In this document: one piece after another, positions 38,054 through 51,905 of the stretch
Position numbering within the stretch: the first letter of the stretch is position 1
Layout: every line of letters begins with the position of its first letter
Notes under the pieces: model-generated
The model's input: only the letters and a program-made list of their open reading frames with translations
Database searches by the model: none
Told to the model about the DNA's origin: nothing
From: Mobula hypostoma
Lineage: Eukaryota
DNA length: 64,000 bases
Assembly: GCF_963921235.1 (NCBI RefSeq)
Contig: NC_086108.1
Span: forward strand, 67,458,001 to 67,522,000
Reading direction: 5' to 3'
Made by a program: the position numbers and the translations under genes

Positions 38054-39567
38054 GGCTGCTCAATGAGGCGAGGGAGGAGATTGCTGATCCTCTGGCTAGG
38101 ATCTTTATGTCCTCGTTGTCCACGGGAATGGTACCGGAGGATTGCAGGGAGGTGAATGTTGTCCCCTTGTTCAAAAGAGGTAGTAGGGATAGTCCGGGTA
38201 ATTATAGACCAGTGAGCCTTACATCTGTGGTGGGAAAGCTGTTGTAAAAGATTCTTAGAGATAGGATCTCTGGGCATTTAGAGAATCATGGTCTGATCAG
38301 GGACAGTCAGCATGGCTTTATGAAGGGCAGATCGTGTCTAACAAGCCTGATAGATTTCTTTGAGGAGGTGACCAGGCATATAGATGAGGGTAGTGCAGTG
38401 GATGTGATCTACATGGATATTAGTAAGGTATTTGACAAGGTTCCACACGGTAGGCTTATTCAGAAAGTCAGAAGGCATGGGACCAGGGAAGTTTGGCCAG
38501 GTGGATTCAGAATTGGCTTGCCTGCAGAAAGCAGAGGGTTGTGGTGGAGGGAGTACATACAGATTGGAGGATTGTGACTAGTGGTGTCCCACAAGGATCT
38601 GTTCTGGGACCTCTACTTTTCGTGATTTTTATTAACGACCTGGATGTGGGGGTAGAGGGGTGGGTTGGCAAGTTTGCAGACGACACGAAGGTTGGTGGTG
38701 TTGTAGGTAGTATAGAGGATAGTCGAAGATTGCAGAGAGACATTGATAGAATGCAGAAGTGGGCTGAGAAGTGGCAGATCGAGTTCAACCCGGAGAAGTG
38801 TGAGGTGGTACACTTTGGAAGGACAAACTCCAAGGCAGAGTACAAACTAAATGGCAGGACACTTGGTAGTGTGGAGGAGCAGAGGAATCTGGGGGTACAT
38901 GTCCACAGATCCCTGAAAGTTGCCTCACAGGTAGATAGGGTAGATAAGAAAGCTTACGGGGTGTTAGCTTTCATAAGTCGAGGGATAGAGTTTAAGAGTC
39001 GCGATGTAATGATGCAGCTCTATAAAACTCTGGTTCGGTCACAATTGGAGTACCGTGTCCAGTTCTGGTCACCTCACTATAGGAAGGATGTGGAAGCATT
39101 GGAAAGGGTACAGAGGACATTTACCAGGATGCTGCCTGGTTTAGAGAGTATGCATGATGATCAGAGATTAAGGGAGCTAGGGCTTTACTCTTTGGAGAGA
39201 AGGAGGATGAGAGGAGACATGATAGAGATATACAAGATACTAAGAGGAATAGATAGAGTGGATAGCCAGCACCTCTTCCCCAGGGCACCACTGCTCAATA
39301 CAAGAGGACATGGCTTTAAGGGAAGGGGTGGAAAGTTCAAGGGGGATATTAGAGGAAGGTTTTTTACTCAGAGAGTGGTTCGTGTATGGAATGCACTGCC
39401 TGAGTCAGTAGTGGAGGCAGATATACTCGTGAAGTTTAAGAGACTACTAGACAGGCATATGGAGGAATTTAAGGTGGGGGGTTATATTGGAGGTAGGGTT
39501 TGAGGGTCGGCACAATATTGTGGGCTGAAGGGCCTGTACTGTGCTGTACTGTTCTATATGCTATATG
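38054..39567 (+). mobile_element. CR1 RT and 3' end (inverted relative to its 5' half)
   Basis: EAREEIA, NYRPVSLTS, KVFDKVPH; 336-aa open stretch with [10 protein letters not shown] and KFADDTK; tail at about 39550. Confidence 0.95.
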
Positions 39568-41460
39568 CTAATGTATTTTAACAACTCCAACACCTCCTCT
39601 CCCTTAATATCAACATGCTCCAGAACATCAACCTCACTCATATTGTCCTCACCATCATCAAGTTCCCTCTCATTGGTGAATACCAAAGAGGAGTACTCAT
39701 TGAGGACCTCACTCACTTCCACAGCCTCCAGGCACATCTTCCCACCTTTATCTCTAATCGGTCCTACCTTCACTCCTGTCATCCTTCTTCACATAATTGA
39801 AGAATGCCTTGGGGTTTTCCTTTACCCTATTCGCCAAGGCCTTCTCATGCCCCCTTCTTGCTCTTCTCAGCCCCTTCTTAAGCTCCTTTCTTGCTTCCCT
39901 ATATTCCTCAATAGACCCATCTGATCCTTACTTCCTAAACCTCATGTATGCTGCCTTCTTCCACCTGACTAGATTTTCCACCTCACTTGTCACCCATGGT
40001 TCTTTCAACCTACCATTCTTTATCTTCCTCACCGGGACAAATTTATCCCTAACATCCTGCAAGAGATCTCTAAACATCAACCACATGTCCATAGTACATT
40101 TCCCTGCAAAAACATCATCCCAATTCACATCCACAAGTTCTAGCCTTATAGCCTCATAATTTGCCCTTCCCCAATTAAAAATTTTCCTGTCCTCTCTGAT
40201 TCTATCCTTTTCCATGATAATGCTAAAGGCCAGGGAGCAGTGGTCACTGTCCCCCAGGTGCTCACCCACTGAGAGATCTGTGACCTGACCCGGTTCATTA
40301 CCTAGTACTAGATCTAGTATGGCATTCCCCCTAGTCGGCCTGTCAACATACTCTGACAGGAATCCGTCCTGGACACACTTAACAAACTCTGCCCCATCTA
40401 AACCCTTGGAAGTAATCAGGTACCAATCAATATTAGGGAAGTTAAAGTCACCCATGATAGTAACCCTGTTATTTTTGCACCTTTCCAAAATCTGCCTCCC
40501 AATCTGCCCCTCTGTATCTCTGCTGCTGCCAGGGGGCCTATGGAATACCCCCATGGAGTAACTTCTCCCTTCCTGTTCCTGACTTCCACCCATATTGACT
40601 CAAAAGAGGATCCTGCTACATTACCAACCTTTCTGTAGCTGTAATAGTATCCCTGACCAGTAATGCCACCCCTCCTCCTTATTTTTCCCCCTCTCTATCC
40701 CCTTTAAAGCACTGAAATCCAGGAATATTGAGAATCCATTCCTGCCCTGGTGCCAGCCAAGTCTCTGTAATGGCCACTACATCATAATTCCATGTATGTA
40801 TCCAAGCTCTCAGTTCTTCACCTTTGTTCCTGATGCTTCTTGCATTGAGGTACACACACTTTAGCCCTTCTATCTTACTACCTTTACACAGTTTATTCTG
40901 CTTCTCTTTCCTCAAGGCCTCTCTATATCTTAGATCTGGCTTTACTCCATGCACTTCTTTCACTGCTCTATCGCTCCGGGTCCCATCCCCCTTGCAAATT
41001 AGTTTAAACCCTCCCGAACCATGCTAGCAAACCTACCTGCAAGGATATTGCTCCCCGTCAAGTTCAGGTGCAACCCATCCAATCTGTACAGGTCCCACCT
41101 TCCCCAGAAGAAATCCCAATGGTCCCAAAATCTAAAACCCTGCTCCCTGCACCAACTCCTCAGCCATGCATTCAACTGCCTTCTCCTCCAATTCTTACCG
41201 TCACTCACGTAGCACTGGCAGCAATCCTGAGAACGCCACCCTTGAGGTCCTGTTCTTCAGCCTTCTGCCTAGTTCCTGAAACTCACACTTCAGGACCTTA
41301 TCCCTCTTCCTGCCTATGTCGTTGGTACCAACATGTATCACGACTTCTGATTGCTTTCCCTCTCGTACCAGGATGTCGTGCACCCGGTCAGGGACATCGT
41401 GGACCCTGGCACCCGGGAGGCAACAAACCATGTGGGTATCCTTCTCACGTCCACATTTTC
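39568..41460 (-). mobile_element. CR1 5' half (ORF1 SGNH esterase, ORF2 APE)
   Basis: MVCCLPGARV..VVIHVGTND; YRLDGLHLN; YLNARSIRNK..ETWL; MGDFNFP..GDSDH; ends at EEVLELLKYI. Confidence 0.95.
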
Positions 41461-42187
41461 TGAAACAATACATTCCCTAATCAAAAGCATTGTGAAAATA
41501 TTTTAAATATCCACACCCTACTCTGCTCGACTTTCAGAAAAAAAAATAAACTGGTAAATCGTTTTATCATTGTCAACTGTACAGAGATACAGTAAACAAA
41601 ATTATGGGATAGAGAATATTAAAATAAGATCCAGTCTTCAGGAAATAAAACCTGTTCCCTATTTAACTTTCAATGATACTCTGGGATCTTCCAAACCAAT
41701 CATTGCATATGGGATATTCTGGCTGCGTAACAAAGAAACCATGCAGTGGAAGACGACAGCAGAATGCTCATATTAACTGGAGGTCATTGAAAACTTCAAG
41801 ATGAGATCAGGTAAGGCATTAAGGGGCTGTGCCCTGTATTCACACATTGTACCTCTGCCACTTACTGCATAGTTCAGGAAAGATCTGTTTAATCCCATAA
41901 TATTCTAGCTAGTTGTATATTTAGGCAGCCACCCCTCAACACTGAAACGAAGGAAGTAGATATTATGTATCTGGAGTGTGTGCTCAGAAGCCTTGGGACC
42001 AACCACCAGTAATGGATATTCAAGGGATTTCTGCTAGTTGAGCTGTGCTGCCATTGTAAATATGTAATTCTGCAGTTACATGATCGCATTGAAAGTAAAT
42101 GAAGTAGGTTAAAGTAGGTGATTATACCTATTGAAATTGTAGTTAATTTTTTTATTGTCCTCTTTGAGCTTAGAAAGTATAAAACAT

Positions 42188-42985
42188 TGGGGGTGGTGAT
42201 ACAATGGTGCTTAGCAGTGACTCCTTTGAGCTCTTCTGTGGAAACAGCTTAATTTCTATCTTTAATGTCTCTCTTTTTCCTTTTTTAAGTGGATAGGGTT
42301 CTGTTGGAGACCCTGACCTAGAGGTACACTCAGTCTTCAGTTCTTTCTGGTGGTGGGAGCTGTTCCTGGGGGCTAACAACCAGCCATTTCTGGATATCCC
42401 AAGGACATGGCCTAGAAGACAAGAATGGCTTCATGGCCCTGTGGACCAGTTGACTCAAAGCTGGTGTTACCGACTGAAGCAGGAGAAAATGGAACTTTGG
42501 GAACAGCGGATTGTCTGTCAGGGGCTCTGTACTCGGTGAATCGCACATTCTTACTCTCTCCCTTTTAGTGGTGGAGAGTTTGTTGTCAATTCTTGAGTTA
42601 AGAATGTGGGGAAAAAAAGTGTCACAGCAGACTTTGTCATCATAAATCAGCAAGCTGTTTTACTTATGTCTCCCCTCTCTCGGTGAAAGGGTGACACCTC
42701 ACTGTCCCTTTATTGGGGAGAGACACAGCCTGTGGTATGTCGAATTGTCGGGGTGAACAATTAGTTCTTGTTGTGTCACAGATCATGGCCTTTCTTGGGG
42801 GAGGGTCGTTGCTTTGCTGCTGCTTGTGTGTGAGAGTTGGGGCGTAGGGGGCTTTGGGTTCTAATGCTTTTACAGTCACTCAATCTTTAGAACACACTGG
42901 TGTATTTATGGATGTCTGCGAAAAACAAGAATTTCAGGTTGTATAATGTATACATTTCTCTGATATTAAATGAAACTATTGAACA
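42188..42985 (+). repeat. Unclassified non-coding interspersed repeat, possibly a non-autonomous retroelement
   Basis: Distinct composition with a LINE-like 3' tail (gaatttcaggttgtat..attaaatgaaac); no ORF motifs. Confidence 0.4.
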
Positions 42986-43084
42986 TGTGGCAAGATTGGT
43001 GAGATAGATTTTCTCCAAAAGATATGTTGTGCTTAATAATGACTTTTATAACTCCCAGTTACAGCTTCTGTGTGACTCAGTTCA

Positions 43085-43675
43085 GTCAGTCATACTGTCC
43101 ATATGGATCATTTCGTTACAACAGTGCATTGGGATAGCACCAGGTAAAACAACAACAACAGAATGCAGAATGAAATGTCACACTAACAGAGAACGTGCAA
43201 TGCAGGGAGGCAATAACGTGCAAGGTCATATCAAGGTAGATTGTGAGGTCAATAGTCTATTTTATTGTACTAAAGGACTGTTCAAAAGTCTTATAACAGT
43301 AGGATAGAAACTGTCCTTCAGTGTGGTAGTGTGTGCTTTTAAGCTTTTGTAGCATCTGTCTGATGGTGGGTGAGAGGAGGGAATGTTTTGGGTGGCTGGG
43401 GACCTGGTGTTGTGTGCTTTACCAAGGCAGCGAGAAGTGTAGACAGAGTCCACAGAAGGGAGGCTGATTTCCAGGATGTGCTGAGCTGTGTCCATAAATC
43501 TCTGTAGTTTCTTGGAATCTTCGGCAGTTACTGTGCCAAATCGTGATGCATTCAAATAGATGCTTTCTATGGTGCATCAGTAAAAATTGGTAAGGGACAT
43601 TCCAAATTTCTTTAGTTTTCTGAGGAAGTTGAGGCACTGGTGAACTTTCTTGGCCTATGTGGTTGTACCAGGGCT
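43085..43675 (-). mobile_element. Rex1/Babar-like LINE 3' fragment
   Basis: KKLQRFMDTAQHI..SLPS..YTSRCLGKA and KDSFYPTVIRLLN motifs. Confidence 0.8.
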
Positions 43676-43847
43676 AGCTAACGATCATGGTAAATAAACA
43701 TTGGTCTTATCAATAGTGACCATATTCTGAGTACGTTGCTTAGGCAGGTGTCAGCCTTGGCTTAGAATAAGTAGCATTATGTCTGTCTAAGTACACAGCA
43801 CAATCAAATCTGATATTAGAGACGTAAGCTGACATCCAAATGGATGT

Positions 43848-44541
43848 CACAAACAAGAGAAAATCTGCAGATGCTGGAAATCCAAGCAACACACACAAAA
43901 TGCTGGAGGAACTCAGCAGGCTAGGCAGCATCCATGAAAAAGCACAGTCGACGTTTCGAGCCAAAACCCTTCGGTGGGACCGGAGAAGAAAAGCTGAGGA
44001 GTGGATTTGAAAGGTGGGGGGAGAGGAGAGAGAAATGCCAGGCGATAGGTGAAACTTGGAAGGGGAGGGATGAAGCAAAGAGCTAGGAAGTTGATTGGTG
44101 AAAGAGACAGAAGGCCATGGGTGGGCAAGGAGATAACATGAGGGAGGGATAAGGGGATGGGGGAGGCATTACTGGAAATTTGAGAAATCGATGTTCATGC
44201 CATCAGGTTGGAGGCTACCCAAACAGAATATAAGGTGTTGTTCCTCCAACCTAAGTGTGGCCTCATCACGACAGTGGAGGCCATAGATGGACGTATTGGA
44301 ATGGAAATGGGAAGCGGAATTAAAATGGGTGGCTACAGGGGGATTCTGCTTGTTCTGGCAGACAGAGCATAGATGCTCGGTGAAGCAGTCTCTCAATCTA
44401 CATCGAGTCTCACCGATATACAAGAGGCCACACCAGGAGCACCAAGCACAGTATATGACCCCAGCAGACTCACAGGTGAAGTGTCCCCTCACCTGGAGGG
44501 ACTGTTTGGGACCCTGAATGGTAGTGAGGGAGGAGGTGCAG
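43848..44541 (-). mobile_element. Penelope-like element 3' fragment with GIY-YIG endonuclease
   Basis: FTCESAGVIYCAWCSWCGLLYIGET..RL..FTEH..VATHFN..EQHLIF.LG.LQPDGMN; 3' UTR carries a decayed hammerhead (core CCACCGA). Confidence 0.9.
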
Positions 44542-45994
44542 GCATCTGAGCGGCTGTGCCACACCATTAGATGAGCCCTTCAAATTACATCTTAAGACAA
44601 AGAGCATGGACAGATGCAAAATATACCATGATTCTATTTGAAAATTAATTGCTGAACTGTTTATCAACCACTTTTCAACAACAAATATCATTAATTAAGC
44701 ATGAGACTCTGGTTAGTGGAATATGTGGAGCAGAAGTAGCAAAGGCATAGTACAAATCTGCAGCTTAAAAAAGGAAAACTGATTCTGTTTCCCTCACCAC
44801 ACATCGGGCTGTATCTTTCTGTTTCATTTTGTGTTCCCTTCTTTTCTCGTCTGCATCTAACTGCTGGTTTTTAAAGTAATTGTCACCTTGACAACTTTGG
44901 TCTTCACCCTATCACAAACATTCCTTCTGCTCTTCTCTCCTCTCTGCAACAGAACACACTTACATTCTCACTTTTCCAACTTCCATGAAGAGTCCTTGAC
45001 CTGTAATGTAACTGTATCTCTCCGCTTGAATGCTGCCTAACACAAAGTTAGCAGGTCCATACATGCGTAAATCAAAGAACACTTGCCATTTAATTTCCAG
45101 TAGCTCTACATATTTTCATTTCAGAGGAAAATCCAAGGAAAATATACACTCATTTGAGGACAGTAATACTATGCTTCACATCAGCTTTACATATGTTCTT
45201 GACCTTTAATCTGCAGCATTAGGAGAAATTTGAATTTCCCAGTTTTCAGACACGAAGTACAAGTTCAAACACTTTTGTGTGACTTTAATTTGCTTCCTGA
45301 CAATGACATAGGTGGGGACTCATCTTCTCATTGCCACACCACTGTATACACATTGCTTTAATTACCTGCCGTGGTTACTTGAATGATATATCAGTGTTGT
45401 CTTTGAACTTGCTTGTCTAGTTGTAATTTATGTACTGTATAAAGTTTAGAAGTAACTGTAAAACAAGCCTTGAATTTTTGCAGGTTTCATCCAAGTTTAT
45501 GATGCTCATGCTGATTCACCAATAGGATACTGGTAGACCTCCTCTTGAATTACAGGTCAATATGCCAGCGTTTTTATTTACCTAAACCAAACAAGAGAGA
45601 ACTTAAATAGTAGTTGTAACAATGTTACATGCATCTATATATCCACAAGGTGGTGCTATAAATAGCTAACTACTGACATGCTTTAAAACAATCAATTTTA
45701 CTTATTTTTCTATTTAATATTTTTGACATAAACACAAAAGTGCATTAAAAATTACCATTACTAATAAATCTTCAGGTTTCCACTGCATTTCCTACACATA
45801 TTTTTGAACTTGTGCTTTAGCATTGTTGACCAATTTCCCCTTTTCACTTCAACTTCTCATTCATGAATTGCCATGCCTTGTCAACTGATCCAGACATCTG
45901 TAAGTGAGGGGAATATTCTAGGAAAGATGTGATTGAGCTAGAGAAAGTGCAGAAAGAATCACAAGGATGTTGCTGTGTCTGAATGGCTTGAATT

Positions 45995-48900
45995 AAAAGA
46001 TATAGGAACAGATACTTGGACCATTGAGTCTGCTCCTCCATTTTATCATGGCTGATCCATTTCCCTCTGAGCTCCAATTTCCTTTCTTGTAGTGGCCCTG
46101 ACCTCACACGTCATGAAGACTATAGAGAGGATGTTCCTAGCTCACCTCCGACCCATGGTCAGATCAGCACTCGATCTCCTGCAGTTTCCCTACCAGGAGC
46201 ATATTGGAGTCGACAATGTTGTCATCTACCTGCTGAACCGAACCTACTCCCATTTAGATAAGCAGGACAGCACTGTGAGGGTCATGTTTTTTGATTTCTC
46301 AAGTGCCTTCAATACCATACAGCCCTCATTGCTGGGCGGAGGGGGCGGGGAGCTCCATTCAATGCACTTCTATTATATTCTAGTTAATGGACTACCTGAC
46401 TGGTAGACCACAGTATGTGTGGCTTCAGAGCTGTGTGTCAGATATGGTTATAAGCAGCACTGGAATCCCACAGGGGACTATATTTGCTCCCTTCCTGTTC
46501 ACTCTGTATACCTCAGACTTTAGATACAACACTGAGTCATTTCATCAGCAGAAATTCTCTGATGACTCAGCAATAGTTGGGTGTATAAAGGGAGGACGGA
46601 AGGATGAATACAGGGCCCTGGTGGAGGACTTTGTCAAATGCTGCAAGCTCAATTACCTGCAGTTTAACATCAGTAAGACAAAGGAGATGGTGATGGACTT
46701 TAGGAAGACCAAGCCTGCATTGCTCCCTATGACTATTGATGGTGAGGATGTGGATTTGCAGAGGACTTGCAGGTGTCTCGGGGTGCACCTGGAGGACAGA
46801 CAGGAGTGGAGCACCAACACAGAGGCTGTGTACAAGAAGGGCCAGAATCGCCTCTACTTCCTGAGGAGACTGAGGTCCTTTGGAGTATGCAGGCCTCTCC
46901 TTCACAAGTTCTACCAGTCTGTTGTCGCCAGTACCTTCTTCTATGCGGTGGTGTGCTGGGGCATTGGCATCAATGCAGGTGATGCCAACAGTCTCAATAA
47001 ACTGATCAGAAAGGCTGGCTCTGTTATCTGTCAAACTGGACACACTGGAGGCTGTGGTAGAACACGGAAATCCTGGTAATTCCAGACAGTTTCTCATGCT
47101 CTGCATGCCACCTTGGCTGAACAGAGAAGCACTTTTAGGAATAGACTAAGACAACCACACTGCTCCGAAGAGCGCTATATGAGGTTATTCTTGCCCTTGG
47201 CCATTAGGCTCTATAATGAGTCAAACAAGAGCAGGAGAAATGATTACCCCCCTCCTGTTTTTTGGTTCGTGGCAAATTATTTTTTCATTCTTTCTACTTT
47301 TCTTCTAATATTTATATCTGTGCACTTGAAATACTACTATGACATTGTAATTTCCTTAGGGATCAATTAAGTATCTGTCTATCTATCTCTACTTCCCCAT
47401 ATCCCTTCATGCCCTGACTAATCAAGAACATATCAACCTCTGCCTTAAATATACCCAATGACTTTGCCTCCACAGCCAACTGTGGCAATGAATCCCACAG
47501 ATTTACCACTCTCAGGGTAAAGAAATTCCTCCTCATCTCCGTTCTAAATAGACGTTCCTCTATTCTGAAGCTGTGTCCTCTGTTCTTAGACTCCCCAATT
47601 ATAGGAATAAGTATCCTCTCCACATCCACTCTGTTGAGCCTTTTCAACATTTAATAGGTGTCAATGAGTTCACCCCTCATTCTTCTGAATTCCAGTAAAT
47701 ACAGGCCCAGACCCGTCAAACGTTCCTCATATCCAGAATAATTTTTGTGAACCTCCTTTGAATCCTCTCCAATGTCAGCATAACCTTTCTTAGATAAGGG
47801 GCCCAAAACTGCTCACAATACTCCAAGTGAGAACTCACCAGTGCTTTACCAAGTATCAACATTACATCCTTGCTTTTATATTCTAGTCCTCTTGAAATGA
47901 ATACTAACATTGCATTCGCCTTCCTCACCACAGATTCAACTTCCTCACCGCAAATTAACCTTTAGTGAATCCTGCATGAGGACTCCCAAGTCCTTTTGCA
48001 CCTCAGATTTTTGAATTTTCTCTCCATCTAGAAAATAGTTTATGCTTTTATTTCTTCTACCAAAGTGCATGACCATACACTTCCCGACACTGCATTCCAT
48101 CTGCCACTTCTTTGCTCAATCTTCTGATCTTTCTAAGTACTTCTGTAGCCCCTCTACTTCCTCAAAATTACCTGCCTTTCCACCTATCTTTGTATCTTCT
48201 GCAAACATGGCACAAAGCCATCAATTCCATCAACGAAATCATTAACTTATCATGCAAAAAGAAACGGTCCAACACAGACCCCTGTGGAATATCACTAGTC
48301 ACTGGCAGCCAACAAAATGTCTCCCTCTGTTTCCACATTTTGACTCGCCAGTCAGCCAATACTCTATCCATGCTAGTATTTTTCTTATAATACCACGGGC
48401 TTATAGCTTATTAAGCAGCCTCATGTGTGGCGCCTTGTCAAAAGCATTCCGAAAATCAAAGTACACAACATCCACCAATTCTCCTTTGTCTATCCTGCTT
48501 GTTATTTCTTCAATTAATTCCAACAGATTTGCCAGGCAAGACTTTCCCTTAAGGAAACCATGGCCTATTTTATCATGTGCCCCCACATACTCCAAAACGT
48601 CATCCTTAATAATTGACTCCAACATCTTCCCAACCACTGAGGTCAGACTAACTGGCTTATAATTTCCTTTCTTCTCCCCCTCTCCCTTCTTGAAGAGTGC
48701 AGTGACATTTGCAATTTTCCAGTCCCCTGGAACTATGCCACAGTCAATTGATTTTTGAAAGATCATTACTAATGCCTCCATAATCTCTTCAGTCACTTCC
48801 TTCAGAACACCCGGGTGTACACCACCTGGTCCAGGTGACTTATTTACCTTCAGACCTTAAAATTTCCCAAGAACCTTCTCCCTAGTAATGGCGACTTCAC

Positions 48901-49160
48901 TCACTTCTGCCCCCTGACACTTTTAAACTTCTGGCATACTGCTAGTGTCTTCCATAGTGAAAACTGATGCAAAATACTTATTCAGCTTGTCTGCCATTTT
49001 CTTGTCCTCCATTACCACCTCTTCAGCATAATTTTCCAGCAGTCCCATATCTATTCTTGCCTCTCTTTTACACTTTATACATCTGAAGAAACTTCTGGTA
49101 CCTCTTTAATATTACTGGTTAGCTTTGTATTCCATCATTTCCTTCTTAATCACTTTTTTA
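45995..49160 (-). mobile_element. CR1 3' half, split near its tail by a Rex1-like LINE
   Basis: Tail 45995-46088 continues at 47392; NYKPVSLTS, DFRNAFDK and KANAML motifs. Confidence 0.9.
46089..47390 (+). mobile_element. Rex1/Babar-like LINE, 5'-truncated RT pseudogene
   Basis: ALTSHVMK, VRVMFFDFSSAFNTIQP, GIPQG..PFLFTLYTSD, KFSDD, NISKTKEMVMDFRK and RLYFLRRL motifs; (TATC)n tail. Confidence 0.9.
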
Positions 49161-49169
49161 TCAGGAGGT

Positions 49170-49570
49170 TCTAGAAAGTCTTGGACTGTTTTCCCTGGAT
49201 CGAAGGATGCTGATGTGTGACTGGATAGAGATTTATAAAAATACGAGGGGCATAGACAAGATAGTTATAGTCTTTTTCCCAAGGTAGAAGTCTAAAACAA
49301 GAGGATGTATGTTTAAGGTGACAGGGGAAAATTTTAAAGAGAACCTGATGGGGCAAGATATTCACCCAGAGAGGGTGGTGGATGTATGGGACAAACCCCC
49401 AGAGGAAGTAGTAGAACTGGGTACAATTAACATGTTTAAATATCATTTGGTCAGATTCATGGACAGGAAACATTTGGAGGGGAATGGGCCAAATGCAGAT
49501 GAGACTAATTTAGCAATACACCTTGGCTGGCATGTACAATTTTGGTCAAATGGCCTGTTTCTATACTATA
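49170..49570 (+). mobile_element. Old CR1 3' fragment
   Basis: FKVTGENFK..RVVDVW-like remnant. Confidence 0.7.
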
Positions 49571-51905
49571 AAATTTACAACTCTATATAAAGTGGAAATA
49601 CTATATTGTGGAAAAGGACTGCAGATGCTTTGAATAAGAAAAAAATGAATTTGCTGTAGACCCTCAGCAGGACAGATACCAGACATGTAGAGAGAAACGG
49701 AGTTAATGTTTCAGGCCCATAATTTTGTATTAGCCCCCACAGCTGCTGCCTGACATGATGAAGTCTAGTAATTTCTGATTTTATATCAGTTATCATTGCT
49801 ATTGTGGAGTTAAAATGCAATTTGAATGCTGTCTCTACAATAGATTTACAGGGCAATGTTGTAAGGGTTGTTATCTCTTCTATAGACTTATCCGAGTGAT
49901 AACGCATTGGGTGATGTTTTAGATGCTATGATATTCCTCTTCCATTTGGTGCTGTCATATTTAATCCAGCATTGACTGTGAATAAAAGACATGGATTGTT
50001 TACCTTTAATGGAAAATATCACAATATCATAACATTTTAGATTGGCACTCTCAGTCCAGGTTCCAACAGGTACAAATCTGTACAATAAAATTTTACAAGT
50101 AATTGGGAAACACATCATTGAATAGGCAAGTTATCCTTTCCAAGGTTTGATGGTTTGATGATTTGATAGAGAAAAAAGTGAAAGAACTGGAGAGAAAGTG
50201 TATGTCATGACTCTGACCCAAATCTTCCACCCACAACTGTTGTACTAGTTAGGAAGGTAGGAATGGGCCAGAGATGACTGGCTAGGTTGTCACTCCTGCT
50301 TCTATTCCAACTGCAGCTTCAACTTCCATTTTGTAATCAAGGGCATTCAAGGTCTCATAGATTCTATTCTACTAATAATACAACCAGTTTCCCTCCTGCA
50401 TCAAGTTTGCCTTTATTTTATATCAATGCCAGAGGCCCAATTGTTAAGACTTAGATGCAATGATTTTGTGCATTAGTGTGGGCAAATTCAGCGTTTTGCC
50501 TCACAGTAAATAGGTTCCATACCAAATTGGATTAATGCTATTTTAGTTATTAAAGAGTTTATTAATTTTTATGTACAATAATAAAGAACTAGATGAATGA
50601 AATAAACTATTGAAGCATAAAACAATTTTAAACTGTATAAATTAGATTCAAGTGGAAGCTATCAACCGAAAACTGAATGTATCAAATATTAGAATGCTTC
50701 ATTAAATTTCTGTTGCTGAGTAGGATTGTAATTTGTTTTTACTGATGTTTTTTTGTGACCTAAGGTAATATTATAAACATTCTGATTTAGAATATGCAAG
50801 CATGTAGGAACTAAATAAACACTAGTTTTCCTGGAGAATTGTTAATGTGCATGATGCTCAAAATAATCACTCTGATTGTTTCAAGTGTCATTATAGATAA
50901 TTGCAAACTTTTATTTAGTACATTGAGAATTTGTTTTTGTTTTACTTTGCAAGTAACAACATAACAATCAGGCATTTATAATGCTATAATTTTGCTTCTG
51001 GTCCAAAAGGTTTCTCTAGACAATAGAACTAGAATATGATACTACCTCCAGACATCTACATACATTCTATCTGTGCAAGCAAAAATTATTAGGAAAACAT
51101 TCAGATATTCCACACTAGCCCATTAGAGATCAAATACTGCTCTGCTTTAACCAGAAATCCATGAAGAGGGCATAAAAACAATTCTGACAGAGGGCCCAAA
51201 GCTGAAACTGTTAACTGTTTCTTGTTCCATAGAAGCTGTTTGATCTGCCAAGTGTTAGCAGATTAATTAAGCATAGAACATAAATAGTACAACAGAGGAA
51301 TAGACCCTTTGGCCCACAATGCCTGTGCCAACTATGATGCCGTATTAAGCCAAATCTCTTCTGCCTGTATATGATCCATTTCCTGCATATCCATGTATTT
51401 ATCTAAAAGCCTCTTAAACGCCACTATCATATTTGCTTCCACCACTACCTCTAGCAGTCCATTCCAGGGAACCACCACTCCCTGTGCAATAAAAAATGCA
51501 TCGCATACTTCTTTTAAACTTTACACCTCGCACTTGAAATTCACCTCCTCTAGTATTTGACATTTAACTTGAGAAAAAAGAAAGATCCTGACCATATCTA
51601 TGCCTTATAAATTTATTAACTTATATCAGATCTCCCCTTTGCCTCCAACTCTAGAGAAAACAATTAAAATTTGTTCAACTTCTTGTAGGTCATAGCCTTC
51701 AATCCAGGCTGCAGCCTGGTAAACAATTTCTTCATCATTTTCAAAGCCTCCATATTCTGTCTATAATGGGGCAACCAGAACAGCACACAATACACCAAGT
51801 ACAGTCTAACCAAAGTTTTATATACCTGCACTGTGACTTCCTTAATCTTATACTCAGGGTCCTGACAAGAGGACCATGTGCCTTTTTTAACATCTTATCT
51901 CCTGG

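Noticed and set aside
38493..39503. 336-aa RT ORF as a domesticated gene or retron-like system
   Set aside because: Ordinary CR1 RT C-terminal half, frameshifted from its N-terminal part; no sign of selection visible
41740..41816. Strong donor CAG-GTAAGG as an exon end
   Set aside because: All three upstream frames contain nearby stops; the sequence looks like an eroded CR1 3' region
45484..45540. Plus-strand exon GFIQVYDAHADSPIGYW
   Set aside because: Poor donor, short and unsupported by other exons
49575..50118. Minus-strand ORFs of 110 and 76 aa in unique AT-rich DNA
   Set aside because: No recognisable domain; the implied intron would be too short; partly overlaps a repeat relic
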